From a virus (Duplodnaviria > Caudoviricetes), in the IMG/VR virus record IMGVR_UViG_3300037492_000170, positions 58,745-122,744 of that record: 64,000 nt of DNA. One strand, written 5' to 3'. Positions 7,569-16,954 of this stretch are shown piece by piece. Under the pieces are notes generated by a model that searched no databases, was not told where the DNA came from, and worked only from the letters and a program-made list of their open reading frames with translations. A program made the translations under genes and the position numbers. How positions within the stretch are numbered: position 1 is the first letter of the stretch; each line of letters begins with the position of its first letter.

Positions 7569-9197
7569 TTGTTCAATAGCTTCTATAACTTCCTCCACAG
7601 AATGATTCATACAATCATGGTCTGGCAAAGGACACTGTTCTCTATCTTGTTGATATGGTTGATTATTAAAGCATTTATATTCTATAGGGCACGGCTTCCA
7701 CAAGTTAACTCTATCGGGACCCTCATGACCATACTGCTCTGGTCTAGTCCTCCCAAACATGGTTACTGTTGGTACATCAAAAGCTGCTGCCACATGACTC
7801 CCCATAGTGTCCAAACTAACTACAAGGCTTGAAGAAGAAATCCATCGAAAAGCTTCTCTAAATTTAAGGTTTGATATCGACACAACCTTATCAAAAGAAT
7901 CGTGCTGCTCCTCACCTGTCAGGTGGATAACATCATAACCCTTTTCAGTTAGATAATCAATAATAGCCTGCCATCTGTCATTGGACCAATACTTAGTTCT
8001 GCTGATGTCTGAGAAATCAAAGAGTTTAGCATTACTTTGCGGGCATATAACAACATAAGGTCCACTATTCTCCATAGGCTCTATTCCAAATATCTGTGGG
8101 CGCGTACTTGGAGCCACGGGAACATCTATCATCCTGCAATACGCCTCAGATATGTGTCCCTCCCACTTATTCTCTGCCATCCAACTATATATACTCTTCT
8201 CTACTCGATATGTTCTCTGTGCATCAAACTGACCCTTGGCTATCTCATCAATATCTGGATTTCCTTTGAATACGTGCTCACCGTAAGGATGATAGACTGA
8301 TATATTTCGTTCTGGATACATCTCTCGTAGTTGCCTGAAAGCAGGTTCAGACATAACCAAATCCCCGATAGCGTGACTCAAAGAAATGTGAATACCTGGT
8401 TTCAAGTTCTTCTTCAAAATATTGAACCTACGTAAATCATCGAGAGATTTACTCCCGTCTTTTACTGCTCTCGCTCCACCAGTACCTGCCCGGAAATGAT
8501 ATGCTATCGCCCCTGGATGCACTAATACTTTCATACCTTCGAGATGAACGCGCCAGGACAAGTGTGTATCCTCTCTATGAAAATTCAAGAGAACCGTCTC
8601 AAACCCATTAATCCGGTCGAGTGCTGCCTCTGTTAACATCATAGCAGAGTTTATATGCTCCACCGGAAAAGGCTTCTTCCTAGTGTGAAGGGACCACTGA
8701 ACATTAACACTGTCACTAAGATGCTCAATAGTTCCGTGTTTATATCTATCATCGTCGAGTTTAAAGGTATCCGGTTTCGTCCCGGCGAATAGCATGAGTC
8801 CAGATGCAGCACCTACAAGTGGGTCATCGAACAAAGGAACTACCTTTTCCAAGTAGTCTGGAGATAACCACGAGTCATCCTCTGCTCGATATACCAAGGG
8901 ATTCCCCCAGTCACGCGCACCTAACCACCCGGCTTGGTATACCGCCCCTACATGATAAGTGCTTGGTCCTGGTAGAATTCTTATTCTATGCCCCTGCATC
9001 TGTAATTCACCAATAATTTTAGAATAAAGTGAATGCTTGGTCCACTTCTCCTGCGTAAATGCAACATCATCAGAGTCGTCTACGATACATAAATCAAAGT
9101 TTTTAAATGTTTGCATCCTCAAACTGAACAATAGCTGATGCACAATATCCATGCGGTTGTGCGTCGCAACTATCACTGTCACCCGTTTATTGGACAT
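7521..9197 (-). CDS. Two-domain glycosyltransferase (GT2-like N-terminus plus GT9/heptosyltransferase-like C-terminus)
   Basis: VIVATHNR...IVDDS...EDD...REDT; then HAIGDLVM...KYWSNDRW...SLDTMGSHVAAAFDVPTVTMFG. Confidence 0.8.
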   Translation of the reverse strand: MSNKRVTVIVATHNRMDIVHQLLFSLRMQTFKNFDLCIVDDSDDVAFTQEKWTKHSLYSKIIGELQMQGHRIRILPGPSTYHVGAVYQAGWLGARDWGNPLVYRAEDDSWLSPDYLEKVVPLFDDPLVGAASGLMLFAGTKPDTFKLDDDRYKHGTIEHLSDSVNVQWSLHTRKKPFPVEHINSAMMLTEAALDRINGFETVLLNFHREDTHLSWRVHLEGMKVLVHPGAIAYHFRAGTGGARAVKDGSKSLDDLRRFNILKKNLKPGIHISLSHAIGDLVMSEPAFRQLREMYPERNISVYHPYGEHVFKGNPDIDEIAKGQFDAQRTYRVEKSIYSWMAENKWEGHISEAYCRMIDVPVAPSTRPQIFGIEPMENSGPYVVICPQSNAKLFDFSDISRTKYWSNDRWQAIIDYLTEKGYDVIHLTGEEQHDSFDKVVSISNLKFREAFRWISSSSLVVSLDTMGSHVAAAFDVPTVTMFGRTRPEQYGHEGPDRVNLWKPCPIEYKCFNNQPYQQDREQCPLPDHDCMNHSVEEVIEAIEQVLAWARESRPEEPKP

Positions 9198-9230
9198 AAA
9201 AGCCTCCCTAGTCCATTTAGAATAACATTG

Positions 9231-9259
9231 ACTATAGATGTGATTATCTGCTTTGTCAA
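9231..9259 (-). promoter_or_regulatory. sigma70-like promoter for the glycosyltransferase/fibre cluster
   Basis: TTGACA (9259-9254), 17 nt, TATAGT (9236-9231). Confidence 0.7.
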
Positions 9260-9260
9260 G

Positions 9261-9455
9261 TTATCGTTTACCTTGAGTCTCAATAGCTAAAGCAACGGCG
9301 TTCCTGTAATTGTCAGCAGCGATAATAAAATCACTAGTACCGCTAATAGCTGAGATATCTGCGGCTGATACCATCTGCTCCAGAGATGTAATCATCTGCA
9401 AAACAGTAAGCAGCCTCATGTCTACTTTCTCATAATCAATATTTGCTAGTGCCAT
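9261..9455 (-). CDS. Hypothetical protein
   Basis: 64 aa with SD AAGGAG. Confidence 0.6.
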   Translation of the reverse strand: MALANIDYEKVDMRLLTVLQMITSLEQMVSAADISAISGTSDFIIAADNYRNAVALAIETQGKR

Positions 9456-9468
9456 AAGTAATCTCCTT

Positions 9469-12400
9469 TTAGAATAGAACTATTGAATTAACAGGTGGAG
9501 TTCTAATTAGTCTGAGTGTGCCAGTACAACTGTCTAAATAAGTGTTAAACGCAGTCTGATATAGGCTATAAGAATAATTACTCATCCCAACTGCTGGACC
9601 AGCAGTAACAGAAACACTCATATAACCAGATCCCCATAGCACCCACCCAGAAGGATCAGCAAGAGGAATGTTACAGCTTAGTACGTAATTATACGCCTGC
9701 CCCCTTAGATAAGCATCTACTTTTGAACTATTACCTAAAACAACATAGTCTGTATAACAAACAACGTAGCCATAACCTGTAATATAAAAATAAAGAAGCC
9801 CTCTTGATGATCCTGTCCTTAATACATTACATTCTACTGACACATCGGGTCTAAGAAAACCAATCATTGTACTAGACGATATTGTTGCTGAATTAGTAAT
9901 ATTTACATCCCAATACTGTTCTGGTTGATGATATAAAGACCAAAGATTCCAATTGCCACCCATTCTATTGGTAGACACCACCGATATATAACCAATCAGC
10001 ATTGAGTCGCACATACCCTTATTACCAGAGCTGTCACGTGACCCACACACCGTGTAGTGTTTATCAGGCGCAGCTGTTGTTACATACCAGTAAGCAGGGT
10101 TTACCCATTCTGTTCCAAGAGTGTAGTCTTGACCGGCTGCGGGTACTTTCAGGTATATGTAATAGAAACTTCCAGCAGAGAGAGAACAGTTGTCAAGGTG
10201 GAAATGGAGCGTAGAACCATTTACCAGATTCATCTTCGAACCATTCTCAAATACTATCTGGGCATTTGTCTCCATAGGTGAAAGAGTAAAGTAGTATGTG
10301 TCCGCATAGTTCAACCTGATTGGTAGACCAGCGCTTTTTTGGTCCTCATATTTGAACCGTTTTCCAATCCAATCATAAGTAATAAGATAACTCATATCCC
10401 CAACATAACCGCTCTGGAGATTTAATTCCAGTCCCTGCAAATGCAGACTCGTAGTATCCAAAGCGCTATCAAGAGCGTTCAAATCTGATGTGAGAGATCC
10501 CATTCGTTGACTTACCAGACTTACCTTATTACTAAGGCTGTTCCAATCGCCGCTAAGATTACTGATAGTGCTGGCTGTACTATTAAGATTTCCACTGAGA
10601 GCATTGAGATTTGATGTTGCGTTGCTTAAATTGCCGGATAAAGAATTAACATTGCCGCTCAAATTACTGAGCGTTCTGCTCACGTTACTGATATGATTAC
10701 TCAGTGAGTTGTAATTATTTCCCAGCCCACTAAGGTTTAGGCTCAACGAACCTACGTTCCCACTCAAGAGAGAAGCAGTTGATTGAATGCCACTAATATT
10801 AGTAGATAATGAGTTTGTGATGAGACTAATATTACTATACGTGGACCAGAGACTTGTTACCTGCAGACTTGCGGTATTTAGGTTTCCGGATAATGCCGCA
10901 ACATTAGCACTAAGAGCACTTTCATGAACACTTAAATTGCTCATTACATTACTAACATTACTCAACCTACCGCTGAGGGTACTATAAGTATTGCTCAACC
11001 CACTAAGGTTTCCGCTCAGGGAATTTACATTGCCGCTGAGAAGAGTTAGATTAGACTGTGTGGCACTAATATTAGTAGATAATGAGTTTGTGATTAAACT
11101 CACATTGCTATATGTAGACCAGAGGCTATTGATGACTAGACTAGCACCACTCACACTAGAGGTTAAATTGCTAAGATTTCCACTAAGTAAACTAAGATTC
11201 CCACTCAAAGAAGTAAGATTACCACTGACGTTGCTAACCCTATTGCTGAGTGTATTATAATTTGAACCCAGATCGCTTGTAAGTATGCTAAGAGAATTAA
11301 TATTTCCACTCAGAAGGGACACGTCAGAGTATAGTGCGCCTAAGTTTGAATCTAACCCGGACAACTCACTACCAAAATCACTGACATAAGAATGTAATCT
11401 TATAAGGTAGGAATCTGCTGCATTAATATCTGAGGCAACACTGACTAAGTTTCCACTTAAATTACTTACACGACCAGATAATGTTTGTAAATTACTATTT
11501 ACATTTGAAGTCCAATAGCTTAATGAGGCATAGTCACTCTGCAAACTTATAGTATAGTTCGAGAGTTTGTTAACATTACTTCCTAAACCAGAGACACTAC
11601 CTGATAAGGCAGAATATGTTTGACTTATTGCACTGAAATTACTATATAAATTACTAACATCACCACTCATTGCAGAAACATTACTTCTCAAACTGAGTAG
11701 TGTATTGGATAGTCCACTTGCAGAACTAAACAAATCTACTATGTCAAGACTCATAACGTCCGTGTCTGATTGTAGATTACTTAGATTAGAATAGAGAGAC
11801 CCCATATCCTCACTAACATTTGAAGCAAACTCACTGGTATATGAGTGTAAAGCTATTATATTACCATCTGCTGCACTTATATCAGACAGGTAATCTGAAA
11901 TGTGAGACTGAACATTACTCACATTACTATAAACAGCCCCAACATCACTTACAAGGGAATTGTAGTGCAGAGAAATATTGTTAAGATTGATTCCCAATCC
12001 AGAAAGCTGTCCTGATAATGTATTAAAATTACTCCCTGTTGCACTAATGTTACCACTCAGTATATTCAAATTACTAATAGTAGCACTTAGATTTGTACTA
12101 AGACTATTTACTCGAAGGGAAACAGCAGTAAAATTAGAGGCAGCCTCAGACCGCAAAGTACTGGCTAATAAAGATATATTATTACTAATCTGGGTGTCTG
12201 CGCTCCCCAGCATATCGAATCCGTGACTGAGATTACCCAACTCAGAATAGATACCAGAAACATTGCTCCAAACATTATTGGACATAAGACTATTTGCATC
12301 ACTAAGGAATGACGTAGCACTATATAAATCACCTGAAAAGTTGCTAAAAATAGAATAGAGTGAATTAATGGTACCAGAGGCAGCACTTACGTCAGAATAG

Positions 12401-15384
12401 ATATCTCCGATATTAGTATTAATATCAGAGACTACATCGGATATACTAGAGGCTTCCTCCCAAATATCACTCAGTGTTGAATTAATAATCGATACATCAC
12501 TAATAATGTCGGATACGTTATCCTCGATGTTTGATATATTAGACCAAACATTTGAAACAAGCTCGCTTCCTATGTCACTATATAAAGAAGTTAAATCAGT
12601 AAGTTCTCCAGATAAATCGCCAACATAAGACTCTAGCTGGTCAGCATATGAATCAGTTGCACTTAAATTAGAAAATAACGCCTCGACATTACTTCCTATA
12701 TTACTTGCATTCTCTGATATGTTGTCAATATAACTACCCATATCAGAGATATCGTCACCCATACCACTAAATTCACTCTGTAAATCTGAAACATCCCCAG
12801 TTATATCGCTTAGGTTAGAGACAATATTAGATGCATTAGAGTAAGCCCCGTCTATAGCAGAATCTAAAATGGATAGATTACCTGAAAAATCACTTACTGC
12901 TGAATAAAGACCGGATAAGTTAGACTGGGCACCACTCAAATCACTAAACAAGGCGGTCACATTACTCTGAATATCGCTTACATTATCGGATATCTCATTA
13001 AAATTACTTCCCATATCGCTTATATTATCGTAAGCACCGCTAACATCACTATATAAATCATCAATATCGCTATAGATATCCTCTACATTAGATTCCATAG
13101 CATCTAAATTTGAGCCCAACGCACTAACATTATTACTCAGCGCAGACGCATTGGAATAAAGGTCTGTTATATCACTTCCTATATCTACTGTAATAGTCCC
13201 TAAATCACTTACGTCATCTAATAGTTCAGATACATCACTTCGCAGATCAGACGCTATACTATACATCATCGATAGATCATCAGAAAGACTATCAAATAAA
13301 CCTACATTGAAAGAGCCAATGCCTAATAGAAAATTAATAAAACTATCCTGGGATAGAGCTATACTGGCTAGGCTACCTAAGTCCATTGCAATATCATTCA
13401 GATTTAGTAGGGCAGCATCTTGTTTTCCAGGAGAATCTAATAGCCAATACCCGGTCAATAATCCACTGGAATCCGTCTTTACAGTTGCTACCCAACGTGC
13501 TGACGTACCAGGCCAGTTTGCAGACAAATAACCCCTTGTTGGAGCTACTTTTGAGAAGAATAATTTATTTGCGCGAGCGCCCCAACAAGTCTCATTATTA
13601 GCCATATAAACATAAAAAATAGTATCATGTTGAGAGCTAACTAAAGAAATATTACTCAATGGAGCTGATATATTTGATTCAGTGTAAGTTTGAAAATAAT
13701 CACTAACATTCGCGATATGCACATCAGAGTCTGTTGAAGGAAGGGTGATTAGTGTCTCCCCGCCAACATACACAACGCCCGCAGTACCCTCGGTTTCGGC
13801 TACCTTAAATTGAGTAGACGAGTCAGGTTTAATAGCAAAGTCAGCTTGACCTTTAAAATGCGTAGGATTAAGGATTAAACTCTTGATATACGAAATGTCT
13901 TTGGCATATAAAAATCTACCGTTAGCATCAGTCCATACGTGCCCAATACAACGAGAATAGAAAAGGGGCCAGGATTCTGTCAGTCTAAAATGCTCATGTT
14001 CTTTAGTAGATAAGAATGGTTTTAGTTGTAAGTCTTTCCTCTCGTCATAATTACCTACTGCGTTAACATCAGTTCTTCGGAAAGGTTTCCCGGTCTTAGG
14101 ATTTATCTCATTGAAGTTTATAGCATCAACTTCGTTTACAATGTATATCCAATACTCAGTATTACCAGTTAATGCCGTGTCGTGATAAACAGGTAGTTCG
14201 TCCCCGTCTATAGATACCCACGGGTCATTATTGTAAACAGATTTGCCATCCCCAATGTAAATAAGTTCCTCGGGAATATATATCTGTCCGAAGCTACCAT
14301 CCATACGAGTGAGCCGCAGTTCCTCGGTGCCCTCATAACTCAGATAAAAATCACTATAATCGCGAAAGGTCTCCTGAAGATTCGGTCGTCTACTAATCCA
14401 CGATATATCTAGCTCATGTCTGAAGTAACAATCCGAATCAGTCTCTATGAATCCAGCAACCACGGCATTAACACCAACACCCGTCGCTGCCATATAACCA
14501 TCTATTGGTGGGGTTAGTGATAAGAATAGTTTTCCCCGAAAATCCCATGCAATAGTTGTTTCCGTCTCTAACACATTGAATGCAGAAGAAGCTGTGTTTA
14601 CTAAATATATCCAATACTCTGTGTCGGGAGCCAACACAACTGGTGTAATTACATTAGCGGTAAGATCCAACGCAGGACAGGTATTAAAAACAGAGCACTG
14701 TGGGTCCGCATTTACTATCTCTCCATTTACTAAAACAGTTCCGCTTCCACCCTTAACTATATCTAATGATAATTGTTTCTTGTTGTAATATTCAATCTTC
14801 ACGTCTGGAGTAAGGAAAGCAATGAATCCTTCTGGCAGATGTTTCGTTGGTTGGTCATCTTCAAATGCAGAATGTCTAAACTTACGCCAAACATACCCGT
14901 CCCAGAATACCTCAACGTCGGGGTCTATTATTACATGTGCCCCACCAATAAGATTACCCGGATATGGAATATCATTTACATCATCTATTTCCCATAACCA
15001 AACTACTTGAGCCCAAGCATCTGTATCCGAATTCCAGAAATAAATATCATAAGGTCTACCATCATATACATCCTGACCCGCCGGGGGCCAGTTTGCTTTA
15101 GGTACACCCCACGCTTGCATGAAGGGTCTTGGACCGGCGGGAAGTTCACTAACAGTTTGAACAACCCCGGCTAATTCAAGTGTTGTATATTCTCTACCAT
15201 TCCAAATTAACGTCCTACGCCAATCACGAACAAACCTGGTCTGCCCATAAAAGTTACCTTCTGGTGATTGCCAACCAAGTCCCCGAGAATATGTCTTACC
15301 ATCGCCTACCCTTGGTGCAGTAGCACCAGGGGGCACGTAATAAAACAGACTACCCTTATCTTCTAGTGTTGGATCGTAGACCAA
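9469..15384 (-). CDS. Giant fibre-like virion protein (1971 aa) with about 1000 aa of Ser/Asn/Asp/Leu coiled coil
   Basis: Heptad-like SGNLS/SDVS repeats over roughly aa 660-1660, flanked by repeated globular domains; lies downstream of baseplate genes. Confidence 0.75.
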   Translation of the reverse strand: MVYDPTLEDKGSLFYYVPPGATAPRVGDGKTYSRGLGWQSPEGNFYGQTRFVRDWRRTLIWNGREYTTLELAGVVQTVSELPAGPRPFMQAWGVPKANWPPAGQDVYDGRPYDIYFWNSDTDAWAQVVWLWEIDDVNDIPYPGNLIGGAHVIIDPDVEVFWDGYVWRKFRHSAFEDDQPTKHLPEGFIAFLTPDVKIEYYNKKQLSLDIVKGGSGTVLVNGEIVNADPQCSVFNTCPALDLTANVITPVVLAPDTEYWIYLVNTASSAFNVLETETTIAWDFRGKLFLSLTPPIDGYMAATGVGVNAVVAGFIETDSDCYFRHELDISWISRRPNLQETFRDYSDFYLSYEGTEELRLTRMDGSFGQIYIPEELIYIGDGKSVYNNDPWVSIDGDELPVYHDTALTGNTEYWIYIVNEVDAINFNEINPKTGKPFRRTDVNAVGNYDERKDLQLKPFLSTKEHEHFRLTESWPLFYSRCIGHVWTDANGRFLYAKDISYIKSLILNPTHFKGQADFAIKPDSSTQFKVAETEGTAGVVYVGGETLITLPSTDSDVHIANVSDYFQTYTESNISAPLSNISLVSSQHDTIFYVYMANNETCWGARANKLFFSKVAPTRGYLSANWPGTSARWVATVKTDSSGLLTGYWLLDSPGKQDAALLNLNDIAMDLGSLASIALSQDSFINFLLGIGSFNVGLFDSLSDDLSMMYSIASDLRSDVSELLDDVSDLGTITVDIGSDITDLYSNASALSNNVSALGSNLDAMESNVEDIYSDIDDLYSDVSGAYDNISDMGSNFNEISDNVSDIQSNVTALFSDLSGAQSNLSGLYSAVSDFSGNLSILDSAIDGAYSNASNIVSNLSDITGDVSDLQSEFSGMGDDISDMGSYIDNISENASNIGSNVEALFSNLSATDSYADQLESYVGDLSGELTDLTSLYSDIGSELVSNVWSNISNIEDNVSDIISDVSIINSTLSDIWEEASSISDVVSDINTNIGDIYSDVSAASGTINSLYSIFSNFSGDLYSATSFLSDANSLMSNNVWSNVSGIYSELGNLSHGFDMLGSADTQISNNISLLASTLRSEAASNFTAVSLRVNSLSTNLSATISNLNILSGNISATGSNFNTLSGQLSGLGINLNNISLHYNSLVSDVGAVYSNVSNVQSHISDYLSDISAADGNIIALHSYTSEFASNVSEDMGSLYSNLSNLQSDTDVMSLDIVDLFSSASGLSNTLLSLRSNVSAMSGDVSNLYSNFSAISQTYSALSGSVSGLGSNVNKLSNYTISLQSDYASLSYWTSNVNSNLQTLSGRVSNLSGNLVSVASDINAADSYLIRLHSYVSDFGSELSGLDSNLGALYSDVSLLSGNINSLSILTSDLGSNYNTLSNRVSNVSGNLTSLSGNLSLLSGNLSNLTSSVSGASLVINSLWSTYSNVSLITNSLSTNISATQSNLTLLSGNVNSLSGNLSGLSNTYSTLSGRLSNVSNVMSNLSVHESALSANVAALSGNLNTASLQVTSLWSTYSNISLITNSLSTNISGIQSTASLLSGNVGSLSLNLSGLGNNYNSLSNHISNVSRTLSNLSGNVNSLSGNLSNATSNLNALSGNLNSTASTISNLSGDWNSLSNKVSLVSQRMGSLTSDLNALDSALDTTSLHLQGLELNLQSGYVGDMSYLITYDWIGKRFKYEDQKSAGLPIRLNYADTYYFTLSPMETNAQIVFENGSKMNLVNGSTLHFHLDNCSLSAGSFYYIYLKVPAAGQDYTLGTEWVNPAYWYVTTAAPDKHYTVCGSRDSSGNKGMCDSMLIGYISVVSTNRMGGNWNLWSLYHQPEQYWDVNITNSATISSSTMIGFLRPDVSVECNVLRTGSSRGLLYFYITGYGYVVCYTDYVVLGNSSKVDAYLRGQAYNYVLSCNIPLADPSGWVLWGSGYMSVSVTAGPAVGMSNYSYSLYQTAFNTYLDSCTGTLRLIRTPPVNSIVLF

Positions 15385-15391
15385 TTATACC

Positions 15392-15685
15392 TCATGTAAA
15401 AGCAGTTCCAGGAAGCCAGTACTGATCGGGAACAGGTTTCTGTGTTCCTTGTGCATGAAAATTCCAATTTGCACGTTCCTTCCCAGACATTTCTGTGTCA
15501 AATATATCACCTATAATAACAGCAGTGCCTAACACACTCCAACACCCACCAACTTCGGCATCAAACGCTACTGCTCCACCAAGTGCAAAGAATTCAAGAC
15601 ATCCTGGACTAACTGCTCCTATCTCAGTGCCATCTGAAGATTGAAAGTACTTATTCCAATCACCGCCTAGTGGGTCTAGTTCCAT
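15392..15685 (-). CDS. Small Cys/Gly-rich protein, paralog 3
   Basis: GGAVAFD...CWSVLG...IGD...MSG...N...H..G...DQYWLPG. Confidence 0.7.
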   Translation of the reverse strand: MELDPLGGDWNKYFQSSDGTEIGAVSPGCLEFFALGGAVAFDAEVGGCWSVLGTAVIIGDIFDTEMSGKERANWNFHAQGTQKPVPDQYWLPGTAFT

Positions 15686-15694
15686 AATAATACC

Positions 15695-16039
15695 TCATAA
15701 AGATGGACACGGCCCAGGTAATGCGTACTTATCAGTAGTAGGACAACAATCACCATTAGTATGAATATTGAAGTTGAAAATCTGAAACCCTTTCATAACA
15801 GGTGCATCTGTATCCCCTATAGGAATCTTAATTCCTGTAACACCCCAACAAGCTTGAGATGCAGGGTCCCAAGCTACTGCTCCACCACCAGTCATTGATT
15901 GGGCACATGCTCCAGACGCACCACCACCAGAACCTGCATTAGCCGTAGGCACAACTAGACTGATTATTTTTCCACTTGTGGTAGTGCCCATATTAATAGA
16001 AGCATAAGAACCAGCATTAGGACTAGGATTTATAGCCAT
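15695..16039 (-). CDS. Small Cys/Gly-rich protein, paralog 2
   Basis: GGAVAWD...CWGVTG...IGD...MKG...N...H..G...DKYALPG. Confidence 0.7.
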   Translation of the reverse strand: MAINPSPNAGSYASINMGTTTSGKIISLVVPTANAGSGGGASGACAQSMTGGGAVAWDPASQACWGVTGIKIPIGDTDAPVMKGFQIFNFNIHTNGDCCPTTDKYALPGPCPSL

Positions 16040-16051
16040 TAGATTACCATC

Positions 16052-16645
16052 CTACCACCCAGGGTCTTCCTCACCCGGAGTACATGGCGTTATTATTACA
16101 TCAAAGTTCTCAGTAAAATATAAGGCTAATTGTGAGTAAGCCCAATCGTGTAAAACAAGTGGAGTCTTTGCCGTAAACCTACTATCATACCAATGTGGTG
16201 GTAAAAGGTATGGACCCATAACATCCTCTCCAAACGGTGATTTCCCTGATGGCTTCCACTCTTTAATACTGGCTTGATAGGTATCTATATACTCATAAAT
16301 CTCGCTCATATGTGGAAAAGACTTGTATAATGACTCAGCAGCAATGTTCGCATCGGGACCCATAAGCTCAAGCATATATTTTGTTACCGTTCCCAACAAC
16401 AACGCACGAGTTTCATCTAAGCTCATTATACGTGCGCCCTTTGGGTCATCAACTATAACCCCCATTCCTACTATCACGCCCTTGCCCAAAGACTTAAGCA
16501 TATACTCATACCACTGCATCCCGGTACCATCGAAAAACGGTCCTATCATGGATTCTACAAACTGCTCCTCAGTGAGCCCACCCATGCCACCAGATAGAGC
16601 ATATAATTGACGAGCAATATTCGCGTAGTACTCTCTATCCGTCAT
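16052..16645 (-). CDS. Hypothetical protein (start moved to ATG 16645)
   Basis: ATGA overlap with the stop of 16642..16944; MTDREYY start. Confidence 0.65.
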   Translation of the reverse strand: MTDREYYANIARQLYALSGGMGGLTEEQFVESMIGPFFDGTGMQWYEYMLKSLGKGVIVGMGVIVDDPKGARIMSLDETRALLLGTVTKYMLELMGPDANIAAESLYKSFPHMSEIYEYIDTYQASIKEWKPSGKSPFGEDVMGPYLLPPHWYDSRFTAKTPLVLHDWAYSQLALYFTENFDVIITPCTPGEEDPGW

Positions 16646-16944
16646 ACTGGTGCTACCGCTCCCGGAAGTTGGTAAGAATCCACACAACACTTCTGTGTGC
16701 CACAAACATGCATCCAGTGATTCATTCTCTCAAAACCTGCCATTACTGAATCAATTGTATCGGCTATTACTATCTTTTGTCCTGCAACTAACCAACAACC
16801 GGGTTTCCTGGACGACCACAATCCCTTACCTGGATCATAAGCGGCAGCACCATGCCCCAAACATAACCCAGAAACTACCCCTATACCTACTGCACCACCA
16901 CCCTGATAATACTTTGCGAAATCTCCCATTGGATCGTCTGCCAT
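16642..16944 (-). CDS. Small Cys/Gly-rich protein, paralog 1
   Basis: HGAAAYD...CWLVAG...IAD...MAG...N...H..G...DSYQLPG; SD AGGAG. Confidence 0.7.
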   Translation of the reverse strand: MADDPMGDFAKYYQGGGAVGIGVVSGLCLGHGAAAYDPGKGLWSSRKPGCWLVAGQKIVIADTIDSVMAGFERMNHWMHVCGTQKCCVDSYQLPGAVAPV

Positions 16945-16954
16945 AACTATTCTC

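Noticed and set aside
16646-16705. Longer start (16705) for the ORF ending at 16052
   Set aside because: Overlaps the conserved C-terminus of the Cys-rich paralog; the ATGA-coupled start at 16645 is more plausible
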